A DNA stretch of 64,000 bases, from assembly GCA_965216565.1 (NCBI GenBank), contig OZ244170.1, positions 3,008,001-3,072,000 of the forward strand, in the 5' to 3' direction. The notes beneath the pieces are model-generated. The model did no database searches and was not told the origin of the DNA. It worked only from the letters and a program-made list of their open reading frames with translations. Source of the stretch: Bythopirellula sp. (lineage in GTDB: Bacteria > Planctomycetota > Planctomycetia > Pirellulales > Lacipirellulaceae). The translations under genes were made by a program, and so were the position numbers. Positions 42,005-51,248 of this stretch are shown piece after piece; within the stretch, counting starts at the first letter, position 1, and each line of letters opens with the position of its first letter.

Positions 42005-42708
42005 GACCGAAGCTTCTCATGAAAGTCCGATCGCTGAGCAAACTCTTCCGCCATGAAACGCACGCGGCGGACCGCTTGGCCAATGATGATCCCCGTGAGA
42101 GCCAACGCCGCAAGTGTCATCAGTTGATGGTACCGCGGCACGCTGATATCAAGCGTCGCCTCGCGGCCAAACGTTGCCGGCCATTTGGCAACGCCTAACA
42201 CGCAGAGGTAGCCAACCATGCCACCAATTGTTGCCAGTCGAACTAGCTTCAGATCGAATCGCAACGCCGTCATAGCAACGATCAGAAAATACCCCGCCAC
42301 CAATGCACTACGTGGCCCCGAGGCAATCGAGAGCATCCCGGTAAGAAAAACCAAATCACCTGCCGTCGACGCGTAAGGAAGCCACGCGGGGAAATGCCGC
42401 ATTTGCAAACAGATATGCACCGCCGCGGCCAGCATCACCCACGCCAGCGCCAATAAGGTAACTAGGGTATGAAATCGCTCGTCGACTACTGCTTCTTTGG
42501 AAAGCTGCAACACCCCCCAATTCGGCAACTTCCCCGCGGTGCCAAAATAGTGCCACAGATGGATTAAGTAGAAGATGCCAACCGAGGCGATCCGCAGCAG
42601 GTTCACCCGGGCTTCGCCAGCGTATTGCTGCCAGCGTTGCGTGATGTACCAGGACCGATCGGCCGCGGGGCTGGGGCGAGAAGGATTGGAAGAGATATCG
42701 GTGGCCAT
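42001..42708 (-). CDS. Polytopic membrane protein of unknown function, first gene of the rSAM/Lgt operon
   Basis: About six TM helices; AGAGGAG SD before the ATG. Confidence 0.75.
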   Translation of the reverse strand: MATDISSNPSRPSPAADRSWYITQRWQQYAGEARVNLLRIASVGIFYLIHLWHYFGTAGKLPNWGVLQLSKEAVVDERFHTLVTLLALAWVMLAAAVHICLQMRHFPAWLPYASTAGDLVFLTGMLSIASGPRSALVAGYFLIVAMTALRFDLKLVRLATIGGMVGYLCVLGVAKWPATFGREATLDISVPRYHQLMTLAALALTGIIIGQAVRRVRFMAEEFAQRSDFHEKLRS

Positions 42709-42799
42709 CGTAGCTCCTCTAAGATTGCAGACCTAGATTTGCGGGACAGTATACCGCAATACGGGCTATTTCCAGCCCCGCAGTAGGCCCCTGGGGCCA

Positions 42800-42829
42800 T
42801 TGACACTTCCGCCGTCTAAGCGATATCTT
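42800..42829 (+). promoter_or_regulatory. Candidate sigma70 promoter of the rpmF-fab operon (TTGACA-18-TATCTT)
   Basis: Consensus -35 TTGACA at 42800-42805. Confidence 0.5.
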
Positions 42830-42866
42830 GATGGATTGTCCATAAGCTTTATTCACGAGTAGTGCG

Positions 42867-43046
42867 ATGGCCGTCCCTAAAAGAAAACATTCGAACTCCC
42901 GCAGCGGCAAGCGCCGCAGTCACGATCGGATTTCAGCAAGACAACTGCAAAATTGCACGAAGTGCGGTCAACCTACCCCCACGCACGTAGCTTGCCCCAA
43001 CTGTGGCAACTACATGGGCCGCACCGTCGTCGAAGCGGAAGAGTAA
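42867..43046 (+). CDS. rpmF: 50S ribosomal protein L32 (zinc-binding type)
   Basis: Below the ORF-track cutoff; manual translation MAVPKRKHSNSRSGKRRSHD...CTKCG....HVACPNCGNYMGR. Confidence 0.95.
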   Translation: MAVPKRKHSNSRSGKRRSHDRISARQLQNCTKCGQPTPTHVACPNCGNYMGRTVVEAEE

Positions 43047-43168
43047 ACCTCCAGCCCGGTGGTACGCCACGGCTGTCCTACTTCCCAGACATAGGGTCCA
43101 CAGGCGCGGTCTGCAGTCGAATCAATCCAAGCGACTGGCCAACCGGGCGCTTCCCTCCTGGTATCACC

Positions 43169-44080
43169 ATGCCTAAAACTGCTTTCTTATTTCCTGGCCA
43201 AGGCGCTCAAACCGTCGGCATGGGTGCCGAACTGGCTAGCTCCAACTCTGCTGCCAAAGAGCTGTTCGATCGCGCGGAGAAAATCCTCGGCTACGATCTG
43301 CTCGATGTCTGCACCAATGGCCCCGCCGAAAAACTGAACTCTACCGTCTACAGCCAACCGGCACTGTTCGTCTGCAGCTTGGCGGCATTGGAACAACTTC
43401 GACAAGAGTCGCCCGAGCTTGTGCAAAGCTGCCACGCCACCGCGGGGCTCAGCCTGGGCGAGTACACGTCGCTGGTGTTTGCCGAAGCTATCGATTTCGA
43501 ATCGGGGCTCAAGCTCGTGCAAACACGGGGTCGCGCCATGCAAGACGCGGCGGATGCCACGCCTAGTTCTATGGTCAGCATCCTCGGCATGGAACGCGAG
43601 CAAGTTGAAAAACTCTGCGACGATGCCCGCGAGGAAGAAATCCTCCAACTGGCCAACATGCTTTGCCCGGGCAACATTGTTGTCTCTGGCAATACGTCGG
43701 CCTGCGAGCGTGTGACCAAACTAGCCGAGGACGCCAGAGCGATGAAGGTGATTCCGCTGGCCGTCGCCGGTGCGTTCCACACCCCACTCATGCAGTCGGC
43801 CGTCGAACGACTTTCCGCTGCATTAACCGAGGTTTCCTTGCAGGAACCTCGTGTGCCGGTGATCTCCAACGTCGACGCCCAACCGCACACCGACCCCACA
43901 GAAATTCGCGACCTATTAGTTCGTCAGGTAGTTAGCCCCGTGCTGTGGGAAGATTCCATGCGGTGGCTGATCGACCAATACAGTGTAGAAGAATGTTACG
44001 AAATCGGCCCGGGACGTGTGCTTCGCGGCCTGCTCAAACGAATCAACCGCAAGCTACCCTGTCAAAGCGTAGCGGCATAA
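43169..44080 (+). CDS. fabD: Malonyl-CoA:ACP transacylase
   Basis: FLFPGQGAQ..GM, GLSLGEY, R, AGAFHT..M, EIGPG.VL.GL; ATG at 43169. Confidence 0.95.
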   Translation: MPKTAFLFPGQGAQTVGMGAELASSNSAAKELFDRAEKILGYDLLDVCTNGPAEKLNSTVYSQPALFVCSLAALEQLRQESPELVQSCHATAGLSLGEYTSLVFAEAIDFESGLKLVQTRGRAMQDAADATPSSMVSILGMEREQVEKLCDDAREEEILQLANMLCPGNIVVSGNTSACERVTKLAEDARAMKVIPLAVAGAFHTPLMQSAVERLSAALTEVSLQEPRVPVISNVDAQPHTDPTEIRDLLVRQVVSPVLWEDSMRWLIDQYSVEECYEIGPGRVLRGLLKRINRKLPCQSVAA

Positions 44081-44113
44081 TTACCACGGTTAAGGACGAC
44101 GTTATACAAGAGT

Positions 44114-44201
44114 TCCTCTCGCCTTTGGGGAGAGATTAAGTGAAGGGTTGGACCACGATAGAATCAACCCTCCCCTAACCCCTCCCTTTCAAGGGAGGGG
44201 G
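44114..44201. repeat. Inverted pair of CCCTC..GGGAG(A)GG REP-like palindromes
   Basis: CCTCTCGCCTTTGGGGAGAGATTAAGTGAAGGG ... CCCTCCCCTAACCCCTCCCTTTCAAGGGAGGGG; related to the cores at 977 and 26007. Confidence 0.65.
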
Positions 44202-44309
44202 ACTCGACTTGGCCTACCGGACAGAGTTGCCTTACCATACTGAACCAGTAAGGCACCGGTGACAAACCAGAACGAATCTCAAGAAAAAAACCAAACTTGG
44301 AAAACAATC

Positions 44310-45080
44310 ATGGCCGACAAAACTCCCCGCAGAATTAAAGTTGATCTCAGTGGCCAAACGGCACTGGTAACGGGTGCTTCACGAGGTATCGGCAAAGCGA
44401 TTGCCCTGGCACTTGGTGAGGCTGGTGCTAAGGTCGCCTGCGTCGCGCGAAACGAAGAGAAACTGCGCGAGACGGCAGACGCCATCACTTCCGCCGGAGG
44501 AACCGCTGTTATCTACGCGTGCGACGTCACCGACTCGGCCGCCGTCCAAAAAGTTGCCGACGCGGTGATGGAAGATTGGGGCCAACTCGATATTGTTGTG
44601 AACAATGCTGGGATCACTCGCGATACATTGATTCCTCGCATGAGTGACGAAGAGTGGGACGACGTCATAGCCACTAACCTGCGTTCGGTGTTCCTCTTCA
44701 CACGTGCCGCGACCCAAGTGATGATGCGACAGCGGAGCGGTCGGATCATCAATATTTCCAGCGTCTCGGGAATCATGGGTAACCCAGGCCAGTCGAACTA
44801 CTCGGCCTCGAAGGCGGGAATCATTGGCTTTACCCAAACTGTGGCCCGCGAGATGGCCGGTCGCAAAGTGACGGTCAATGCCATCTGCCCCGGCTTCATC
44901 GCAACAGAAATGACCGATGCCCTGGGCCCCGCTGTGCAAGACGAAGTCAAGAAAAGGGTCCCTGCGAAGCGTCTGGGAGAGTCTAACGAGATCGCCGATG
45001 CGGTGCTGTATTTGGCCAGCGACTCTGCGGCTTATATGACAGGCCAGATCGTCACGATCGACGGCGGCCTAACCGCTTAG
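44310..45080 (+). CDS. fabG: 3-oxoacyl-ACP reductase
   Basis: TGASRGIG, NNAGITRD, GQSNYSASK, PGFI.T.MT. Confidence 0.95.
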   Translation: MADKTPRRIKVDLSGQTALVTGASRGIGKAIALALGEAGAKVACVARNEEKLRETADAITSAGGTAVIYACDVTDSAAVQKVADAVMEDWGQLDIVVNNAGITRDTLIPRMSDEEWDDVIATNLRSVFLFTRAATQVMMRQRSGRIINISSVSGIMGNPGQSNYSASKAGIIGFTQTVAREMAGRKVTVNAICPGFIATEMTDALGPAVQDEVKKRVPAKRLGESNEIADAVLYLASDSAAYMTGQIVTIDGGLTA

Positions 45081-45304
45081 CCAATAGGAATTTGCAGCAA
45101 CAGGGCCCGCGAGAGTCCGTCTAGACAATATCTCGCAAAAGCTATATCTTAACCACCTTCGCGAAACGGCTCTATTGTGAAGAGCATGCATACAGTGAAC
45201 TGGTTGGCGGGACTGGCGATAAGATTGAATGCCAGCTTTGTCCAACCCAACCAGATTTTACAACGTCATAACTAAATTTGTGCACTAGAAGGAGGACCCT
45301 CCCT

Positions 45305-45538
45305 GTGGCCTCAGTAATGGAAAGAGTAACGGACATCGTGTCCGAACAATTGGGCGTCGACAAAGACAAGATCAGCGCAGACACATCCTTTGTGAACGAT
45401 CTGGGTGCCGACTCGCTCGACACCGTCGAATTGGTCATGGAACTTGAAGAAGAATTCGACGTGAACATCCCGGACGAAGAGGCCGAAAAAATTCAGACCG
45501 TAGGCCAAGCCGTGTCGTTTATCGAAGGCCAGTCCTAA
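45305..45538 (+). CDS. acpP: Acyl carrier protein
   Basis: [23 protein letters not shown] start with AGGAGG SD. Confidence 0.96.
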   Translation: MASVMERVTDIVSEQLGVDKDKISADTSFVNDLGADSLDTVELVMELEEEFDVNIPDEEAEKIQTVGQAVSFIEGQS

Positions 45539-45702
45539 GCTGTCCTTTGCAAACTTCGTCGTCAACGAATGTCCCCGTTCTGGTGCCCTCGCGGCACAAG
45601 CAACTGGGCTTTCGATATCTCGTGGCACAGTCCAGTGCGCAGTTGCTCACCGGTGCCGTGCTGTCGGACCATCCAATTCGAAAGCGTCTCACCGAATAGC
45701 CG

Positions 45703-46938
45703 ATGAACCGCAGGATCGCTGTAACAGGTATTGGTGCAGTCACCTCACTCAGTTGCCAGGTCGACTCACTTTGGAAGAAACTTTTGGCCGGCGAGAGTGG
45801 TGTGCATGAGCTGCGCGCTTTCGACACGACCGATCATAAAGTTAACTTTGGTGGCGATATCCACGACTGGTCTACCGGCGAATACGTTTCAGCCAAAGAC
45901 GCGAAACGCATCGATCGCTTCACCCAGTTCGCCATGGTCGCTGGTATCGACGCGGTCACCGACTCGGGAATTGACTTCAGTACGCTCGATCCCTTCCGCT
46001 GCGGTGCAATTGTCGGCTCGGGCATTGGCGGCCTCAACGAAATAGAAACTCAAGAGCAACGACTCTTCAAGAAGGGCCCCGACAAGGTTTCGCCTTTCAC
46101 CATACCCAAGCTGATGCTCAACGCCGCGAGCGGCCACATTTCCATTCGCTATGGACTACGGGGCGTCAACTACGCCGTCGCTACTGCGTGTGCCAGTGCC
46201 ACGAACGCCATGGGCGAAGCGTTTCGAGCTATTCAGCGGGGCGATGCCGACGTGCTGGTCACCGGTGGTTCCGAAGCTGCCATCACTCCCATGGGCATGG
46301 CCGGCTTTGCCAATATGAAGGCCCTGTCGATGCGAAACGACAACCCCGCTGCCGCCAGCCGACCATTCGACGTCGATCGCGATGGCTTCGTGCTTTCCGA
46401 AGGTGCCGGGATCTTGGTCTTTGAAGAAATGGAATTGGCCCAGTCCCGCGGCGCAACCATCTATGGCGAAATCCTCGGCTATGGGGCTAGTGCCGACGCG
46501 GGACACATCACGCAACCCGACCCCGAAGGCAGCGGGGCCGCCCGTGCGATGAGCAATGCCCTTAGCGATGCCAAGCTGGAACCCTCGTCCGTCAATTACA
46601 TCAACGCCCATGGCACTAGCACCCCGTTGGGCGACAAAGCAGAAACCATCGCCATCAAACGCGTGTTTGAAGACCATGCTCACCAAATGAACATCTCCAG
46701 CACGAAGAGCCAGCTGGGACATTTGCTAGGAGCCAGCGGTGGTGTGGAACTGATCATTTCTCTCTTAGCGCTCAAACATCAAACAGCACCGCCCACAATC
46801 AATCTGGACAATCCAGACCCGGCGTGCGATCTGAACTACACTCCCAATACGCCACAAGAAATTGGCATCCAACGTGTGATGAGCAACAGCTTCGGCTTCG
46901 GCGGGCACAACGCCTCGATCGTGGCGGGCAGCGTTTAA
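45703..46938 (+). CDS. fabF: Beta-ketoacyl-ACP synthase II
   Basis: TACAS, NAHGTST, KSQLGHLLGA, SNSFGFGGHN: intact Cys-His-His triad. Confidence 0.96.
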   Translation: MNRRIAVTGIGAVTSLSCQVDSLWKKLLAGESGVHELRAFDTTDHKVNFGGDIHDWSTGEYVSAKDAKRIDRFTQFAMVAGIDAVTDSGIDFSTLDPFRCGAIVGSGIGGLNEIETQEQRLFKKGPDKVSPFTIPKLMLNAASGHISIRYGLRGVNYAVATACASATNAMGEAFRAIQRGDADVLVTGGSEAAITPMGMAGFANMKALSMRNDNPAAASRPFDVDRDGFVLSEGAGILVFEEMELAQSRGATIYGEILGYGASADAGHITQPDPEGSGAARAMSNALSDAKLEPSSVNYINAHGTSTPLGDKAETIAIKRVFEDHAHQMNISSTKSQLGHLLGASGGVELIISLLALKHQTAPPTINLDNPDPACDLNYTPNTPQEIGIQRVMSNSFGFGGHNASIVAGSV

Positions 46939-47078
46939 GCGAATTGTGAATTTCGGGTTTTTGAAATAGCCACGAAACTAAGTGTCGCCGGCCAACCGTA
47001 AGCCAGCGGCTAATATTCCATCTCAGCCTCAAAGCCTAGAGCCTCGAAGCCTCCAGCCTCAAAGCCTCCAGCCAAACT

Positions 47079-47621
47079 ATGTCCGATTCTCGCTGGAACC
47101 AGTCGCTTCGCGATCGACTCAAACGCTTAGTCAGCCGTTACGCGCGGGTCGGCTCGGTGATCGATCACTCCGACATCGTCAACAGCGCCATCGTCACCGC
47201 GTATCGGAAACGCGATCAATTCCGCGGCGAAACCGACGCCGAGTTCCAGGCCTGGCTGAGAAAGATTGTCGAGAACAAGTACTACACGCGCAGCCGCTCG
47301 GAGCTAGCCCAGCGCCGTGGTAGCGGCAAGAACATCCACCTCGGTCCGCACACCCGACTCGACGCCCCCAGCCCCGAAAAGTCTCCCGAAGACAAAGCCA
47401 GCGATCACGAGGTGGAGCAACTCCTGGGCAAGCTGCTCAATCACATCGGCGAAGAACACGCCGAGCTACTTTACCTGTTGAACTACTGCGAAATGTCGCA
47501 TGCCGAGATTGCAGAGAAATTCGATCTCACCAAAAACCAAGTCACCGGCCGCATCCGCACCGCCAACAAACGACTCGCCGAGGCGGTGCAGGAATTGGGG
47601 CTGGAGGGGTTGGAGTTGTAG
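47079..47621 (+). CDS. ECF-type sigma factor (planctomycete type)
   Basis: SDIV...A......FRGET.AEF.AWLR.I..N (region 2); region-4 HTH MSHAEIAEKF. Confidence 0.75.
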   Translation: MSDSRWNQSLRDRLKRLVSRYARVGSVIDHSDIVNSAIVTAYRKRDQFRGETDAEFQAWLRKIVENKYYTRSRSELAQRRGSGKNIHLGPHTRLDAPSPEKSPEDKASDHEVEQLLGKLLNHIGEEHAELLYLLNYCEMSHAEIAEKFDLTKNQVTGRIRTANKRLAEAVQELGLEGLEL

Positions 47622-47762
47622 GAAAGGGACACGGAAACTCTCCAGCTCATAATTCCTTGAGACTTTGCTGTGCTTGCTTATAATGGGATTTTGCTTTCAA
47701 TACACTCAGCCTCCGCATCTTCTAACTCTTCTAGTTATACTCTTTTCTGGAGTAAGGCACCT

Positions 47763-48350
47763 ATGCAGAAGATTCTGATCACCGTTTGCAGTTTTCTATT
47801 GATTGTTTTGCAGTCAGTTGTCCAAGCCGGGGTTACTGTTCAGGTTTCAGAGACGGGTGGCGATGTACTGTTCCAAGGCAACGGCACTATCGATCTCACA
47901 GACTTGACTTTTGATCAGACTATTGGCATTGGTAATCTGTTGTCGCCCGGAAGCGCCACCATGACATTCGGAAATAGTGGCGTGGGGGGAGATGTTGATC
48001 TATACGGTGGCTTGGTCGGACCATCGTCGTTCGGCTCCAACATCAATACCTTAGGCCCAGACCCCAACGGCGATGCATTTGCCTTGACTTTTTTAACGTC
48101 GACCCCGGCAAATAAGCTCATCGGTGTTCCGCAAGGTTACACAACCGGCCAGCCACTTTCTTTTTCGCAGAATCATGACGGCGAGACTTTCGACTCACTC
48201 GGCCTGGTGAAGGGCTCTTATCTTTGGCGATGGGGTTCTGGTCCCACCTTAGATTTCCTCGAGCTGAATATCGGCGTTGTCCCCGAGCCGTCTACGTTTG
48301 CCTCACTGGCGATGCTGGGGCTTTGCCTAGCTACGCGATTCCGCGTTTAA
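47763..48350 (+). CDS. PEP-CTERM sorting domain protein
   Basis: Signal peptide; C-terminal VPEPSTFASLAMLGLCLATRFRV; composition looks more AT-rich than its neighbours. Confidence 0.85.
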   Translation: MQKILITVCSFLLIVLQSVVQAGVTVQVSETGGDVLFQGNGTIDLTDLTFDQTIGIGNLLSPGSATMTFGNSGVGGDVDLYGGLVGPSSFGSNINTLGPDPNGDAFALTFLTSTPANKLIGVPQGYTTGQPLSFSQNHDGETFDSLGLVKGSYLWRWGSGPTLDFLELNIGVVPEPSTFASLAMLGLCLATRFRV

Positions 48351-48467
48351 TAAAGTCCGCTCACAGAAAACTTCGGTGCAAGCCGCATTCCTGACGGAGT
48401 GAAATCTGGCCTGCCAGACTGGCGCTGACTCTCCCGGCTAGCAATTTCCTTTCCCCACACAGCCGCT

Positions 48468-48528
48468 GCCAATGAACGGCTAGCCGAAGCGGTGCAGAAT
48501 TTGGGGCTGGAGGGGTTGGAGTTGTAGG
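48468..48528 (+). repeat. Displaced duplicate of the last 61 bp of the ECF sigma gene (47562-47622)
   Basis: 54/61 identical, last 28 bp identical; translates ANERLAEAVQNLGLEGLEL* versus ANKRLAEAVQELGLEGLEL*. Confidence 0.85.
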
Positions 48529-48815
48529 GTAACTCGATCCCGTCGCTGACGCTCCGGGCTAACGGACTTTTCTCTATTTCAGCCGCGACACCACGTGTCG
48601 CACGGCCCCTCCGGCAATTCGAAGAATCGCGGCTATTCTCTCCGTGACCCTCTTTTCTCGGTAACACTCCCTCGTAGATGACGCTTAATACAGCGTGGAA
48701 AAGGAATTTTGGCCTTTTTCCAAGAAAACCGCGCAGCGATCGCTCGCTTTACCCATCTATAAGAGTGAACAGAACGCACACGCATCAAACAGTGCTTTAA
48801 AACAGGAGACAGAAG

Positions 48816-49583
48816 ATGAAATACCACCTCGCCACACTCGCCGTTATCGTCACCGCCCTTTTTGTCCCATTCAACGCTTCGACTGCCGCCGGAGAGCAAA
48901 CTTCCCCGGTTGCTACCACTTCCCCCCTACCCGCCCCTAGTTTTCCGTTCTCCCCTCCAGAGGCCTGGCACGATCATTCGTCCACCGCCCTGGAGGGGGC
49001 CCTTCGTGGCACCGCTGTGCTGACCCGCGCACAGGGCGAGAAAAATCTGCTCGACTCCCAGGCCCGCATCTTCAATGAGCAGGCCCGCAGCATGCACTAC
49101 GACAACAATGTGAAATTCACCGAAACGCAATTCAAAATCAAAGAGATGAAGACGGCCTATCGCGAACTAGAGCGTCGCCGCACCATCGCCAAACGTTTGC
49201 AGGGCAAGCAGATGAAGCCGGCCGTGGAAGAAGATCTGGCCCAGACGTATCGGCTCACTCAATTCGAGTTCAATCCATCTACCGGCGCCATTTTCTGGCC
49301 CAGTGCATTGGCCGGTCCCCGCTATGCGGCTTATCGCCATCGCATCGCCATGCTGCTAGACCAAATGATTCAATACAACGTCGCCCGCGACCCCTTCTAT
49401 CGCGCAGAACTTGCCCGAGCTACGACAAGCTTCCGCGATGTGCTTCGCACCGACGCTGCCGCTGCTGGCACGTTGAAGCGACAATCCTACCAAGATGCTC
49501 AGCGATTTATCGTCGGGCTTAAGTACACACCCCATGTTCTGTCTCCTGCTCTGGGCGATATGGTAGCGATGACCTCGCGGTAA
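48816..49583 (+). CDS. Secreted hypothetical protein (planctomycete-type)
   Basis: Signal peptide; HSSTALEG...G and TGAIFWP.AL motifs; GGAG SD. Confidence 0.7.
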   Translation: MKYHLATLAVIVTALFVPFNASTAAGEQTSPVATTSPLPAPSFPFSPPEAWHDHSSTALEGALRGTAVLTRAQGEKNLLDSQARIFNEQARSMHYDNNVKFTETQFKIKEMKTAYRELERRRTIAKRLQGKQMKPAVEEDLAQTYRLTQFEFNPSTGAIFWPSALAGPRYAAYRHRIAMLLDQMIQYNVARDPFYRAELARATTSFRDVLRTDAAAAGTLKRQSYQDAQRFIVGLKYTPHVLSPALGDMVAMTSR

Positions 49584-49789
49584 GCCTCTGCCGCTATCGC
49601 CACCCCATTTCCTAGGGCCTTTCCTGCTAGCACCCGCCGGTCTTGCCGACCGGTGGGTGCGTTTCTATACTCCTCGCCCTTTCGAGCAGGTTTCGAGGGT
49701 CTTGAGGCTTTGAGAATTCGAGGATTAAGAAATCAGATCCTCAAAGCCTCGAAGCCTGCCAATTACTATTCCGACTGAGGAGAGCACCG

Positions 49790-51040
49790 ATGCACAATCG
49801 CATCGCAGTCACGTTTATTCTTCTGTTGAGCATTGCGACCGTCGCCGACGCGCAGTCCTTCGACACCTCGCGTCCTGGCGCCAGCGGTTGGCGGGCCCCT
49901 AAGGGCAACTCGCAAGTGGTTCAGGCTGCGGCGCGCTACGAGCAAGCCGCAGGATCTCCGGTGACATCCAGTCCCGTGACCCCGGGCAATGTGCGACGCA
50001 CCTCCGGCCAAGTCGGACGAGCGCAGGTCTCCAAAGGCGCCGGCAGTTTACCGAATACCGACGGCCAGGTCTGGCGCGAGTACGACATTACCCCCTACAC
50101 ACTGCGCGATCCCGACAGCAGCCACCCGGAACAGGCTATCGTCGATTGGATCTTGCGCGAAACGGGTTACGAGGCCTGGCACTCGACGCCGGTTGCATTG
50201 TTAAGTGCCAATCGACGCACGCTGCGTGTGTACCATACGCCTCAAATGCAGTCGGTCGTTTCCGACATTGTCGATCGCTTCGTCAACGGGCATGCCGAGA
50301 ATCACGGCTTTGGCTTGCGGATTATCACTGTCGACAATCCCAACTGGCGAACACGTGCATTGCCGTTGATGAAACCCATCCCTGTGCAGTCGCCGGGCGT
50401 CCAGGGTTGGATTCTCGCCAAGGAAGATGCCGCCCTCTTGATGGACGAGCTGCGCCGTCGCACCGATTATCGCGAGCACAACCCACCACATCAGAAGGTC
50501 CAGAATGGACAGTCGCTTGTCGTCTCGTCGATGCGCCCTGTGAGTTACACCAAGGGGATCATTCTCACCGACCAAACGTGGCCCGGCTATCAACCAGAAT
50601 TGGGGCAGCTCGATTCCGGATTTACGCTGGAGTTTAGCCCCCTACTGGCACTCGATACTCACACCACCGACGCCGTGGTGAAAGTGCGACTCGCACAAAT
50701 CGAAAAGATGCTCCCGGTCAAACTCGAAGTCCCCTCGGTAATCGCCCAAAACCAACGTGCTGAAGTTCAGGTGCCGCAGGTAACCATGGTGCAGATTCAC
50801 GAACGGTTCCGTTGGCCCACCGATCAGGTCCTCCTGCTGAGCATGGGCGTCGTGGCCACCCCCGGCCCGACCAAACCGAATATGCTGAAAGACGCCATTC
50901 CGATGCTAAAATCGGCCCCCCGCGCCGATGCCCTGTTGTTTGTCGAAAGCAAGGGCCCCGTGGCACCGTCACTCCCCGGCGGAATCACCCCCACCGCTTC
51001 AGCCAGCCGACCAAGCCAAACTTTCCACGGAAGATATTAG
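49790..51040 (+). CDS. Secreted hypothetical protein, distantly secretin-like
   Basis: Signal peptide; GQVWREYDI.PY...PEQAIVDWILRETG...L.VYH; GAGGAG SD. Confidence 0.7.
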   Translation: MHNRIAVTFILLLSIATVADAQSFDTSRPGASGWRAPKGNSQVVQAAARYEQAAGSPVTSSPVTPGNVRRTSGQVGRAQVSKGAGSLPNTDGQVWREYDITPYTLRDPDSSHPEQAIVDWILRETGYEAWHSTPVALLSANRRTLRVYHTPQMQSVVSDIVDRFVNGHAENHGFGLRIITVDNPNWRTRALPLMKPIPVQSPGVQGWILAKEDAALLMDELRRRTDYREHNPPHQKVQNGQSLVVSSMRPVSYTKGIILTDQTWPGYQPELGQLDSGFTLEFSPLLALDTHTTDAVVKVRLAQIEKMLPVKLEVPSVIAQNQRAEVQVPQVTMVQIHERFRWPTDQVLLLSMGVVATPGPTKPNMLKDAIPMLKSAPRADALLFVESKGPVAPSLPGGITPTASASRPSQTFHGRY

Positions 51041-51248
51041 GGGAGACTTCGAGGCTGTAGGCTGGAGACATTGAGGCTGTAGGAATCAAGTTTCTCGAAG
51101 CCTCGAGGCTTCAAGTCCCTCAAAGCCTTCTCCCCGCCTAGCCCTTGCAATCGATGACGGTTATCTTGGGGATTCTGCAGCCTACTGCTCGCGACCGCGG
51201 GCCTGTGGTCCATCGCTGCCCTAAATTGCCGCTCTGCCGCTTTGCCCT

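Noticed and set aside
46982..47323. ORF containing PQSLEPRSLQPQSLQP, and the similar N-terminal extension of ruvB (37098-37286)
   Set aside because: Translation of non-coding CCTC-type repeat tracts, not a shared protein domain.
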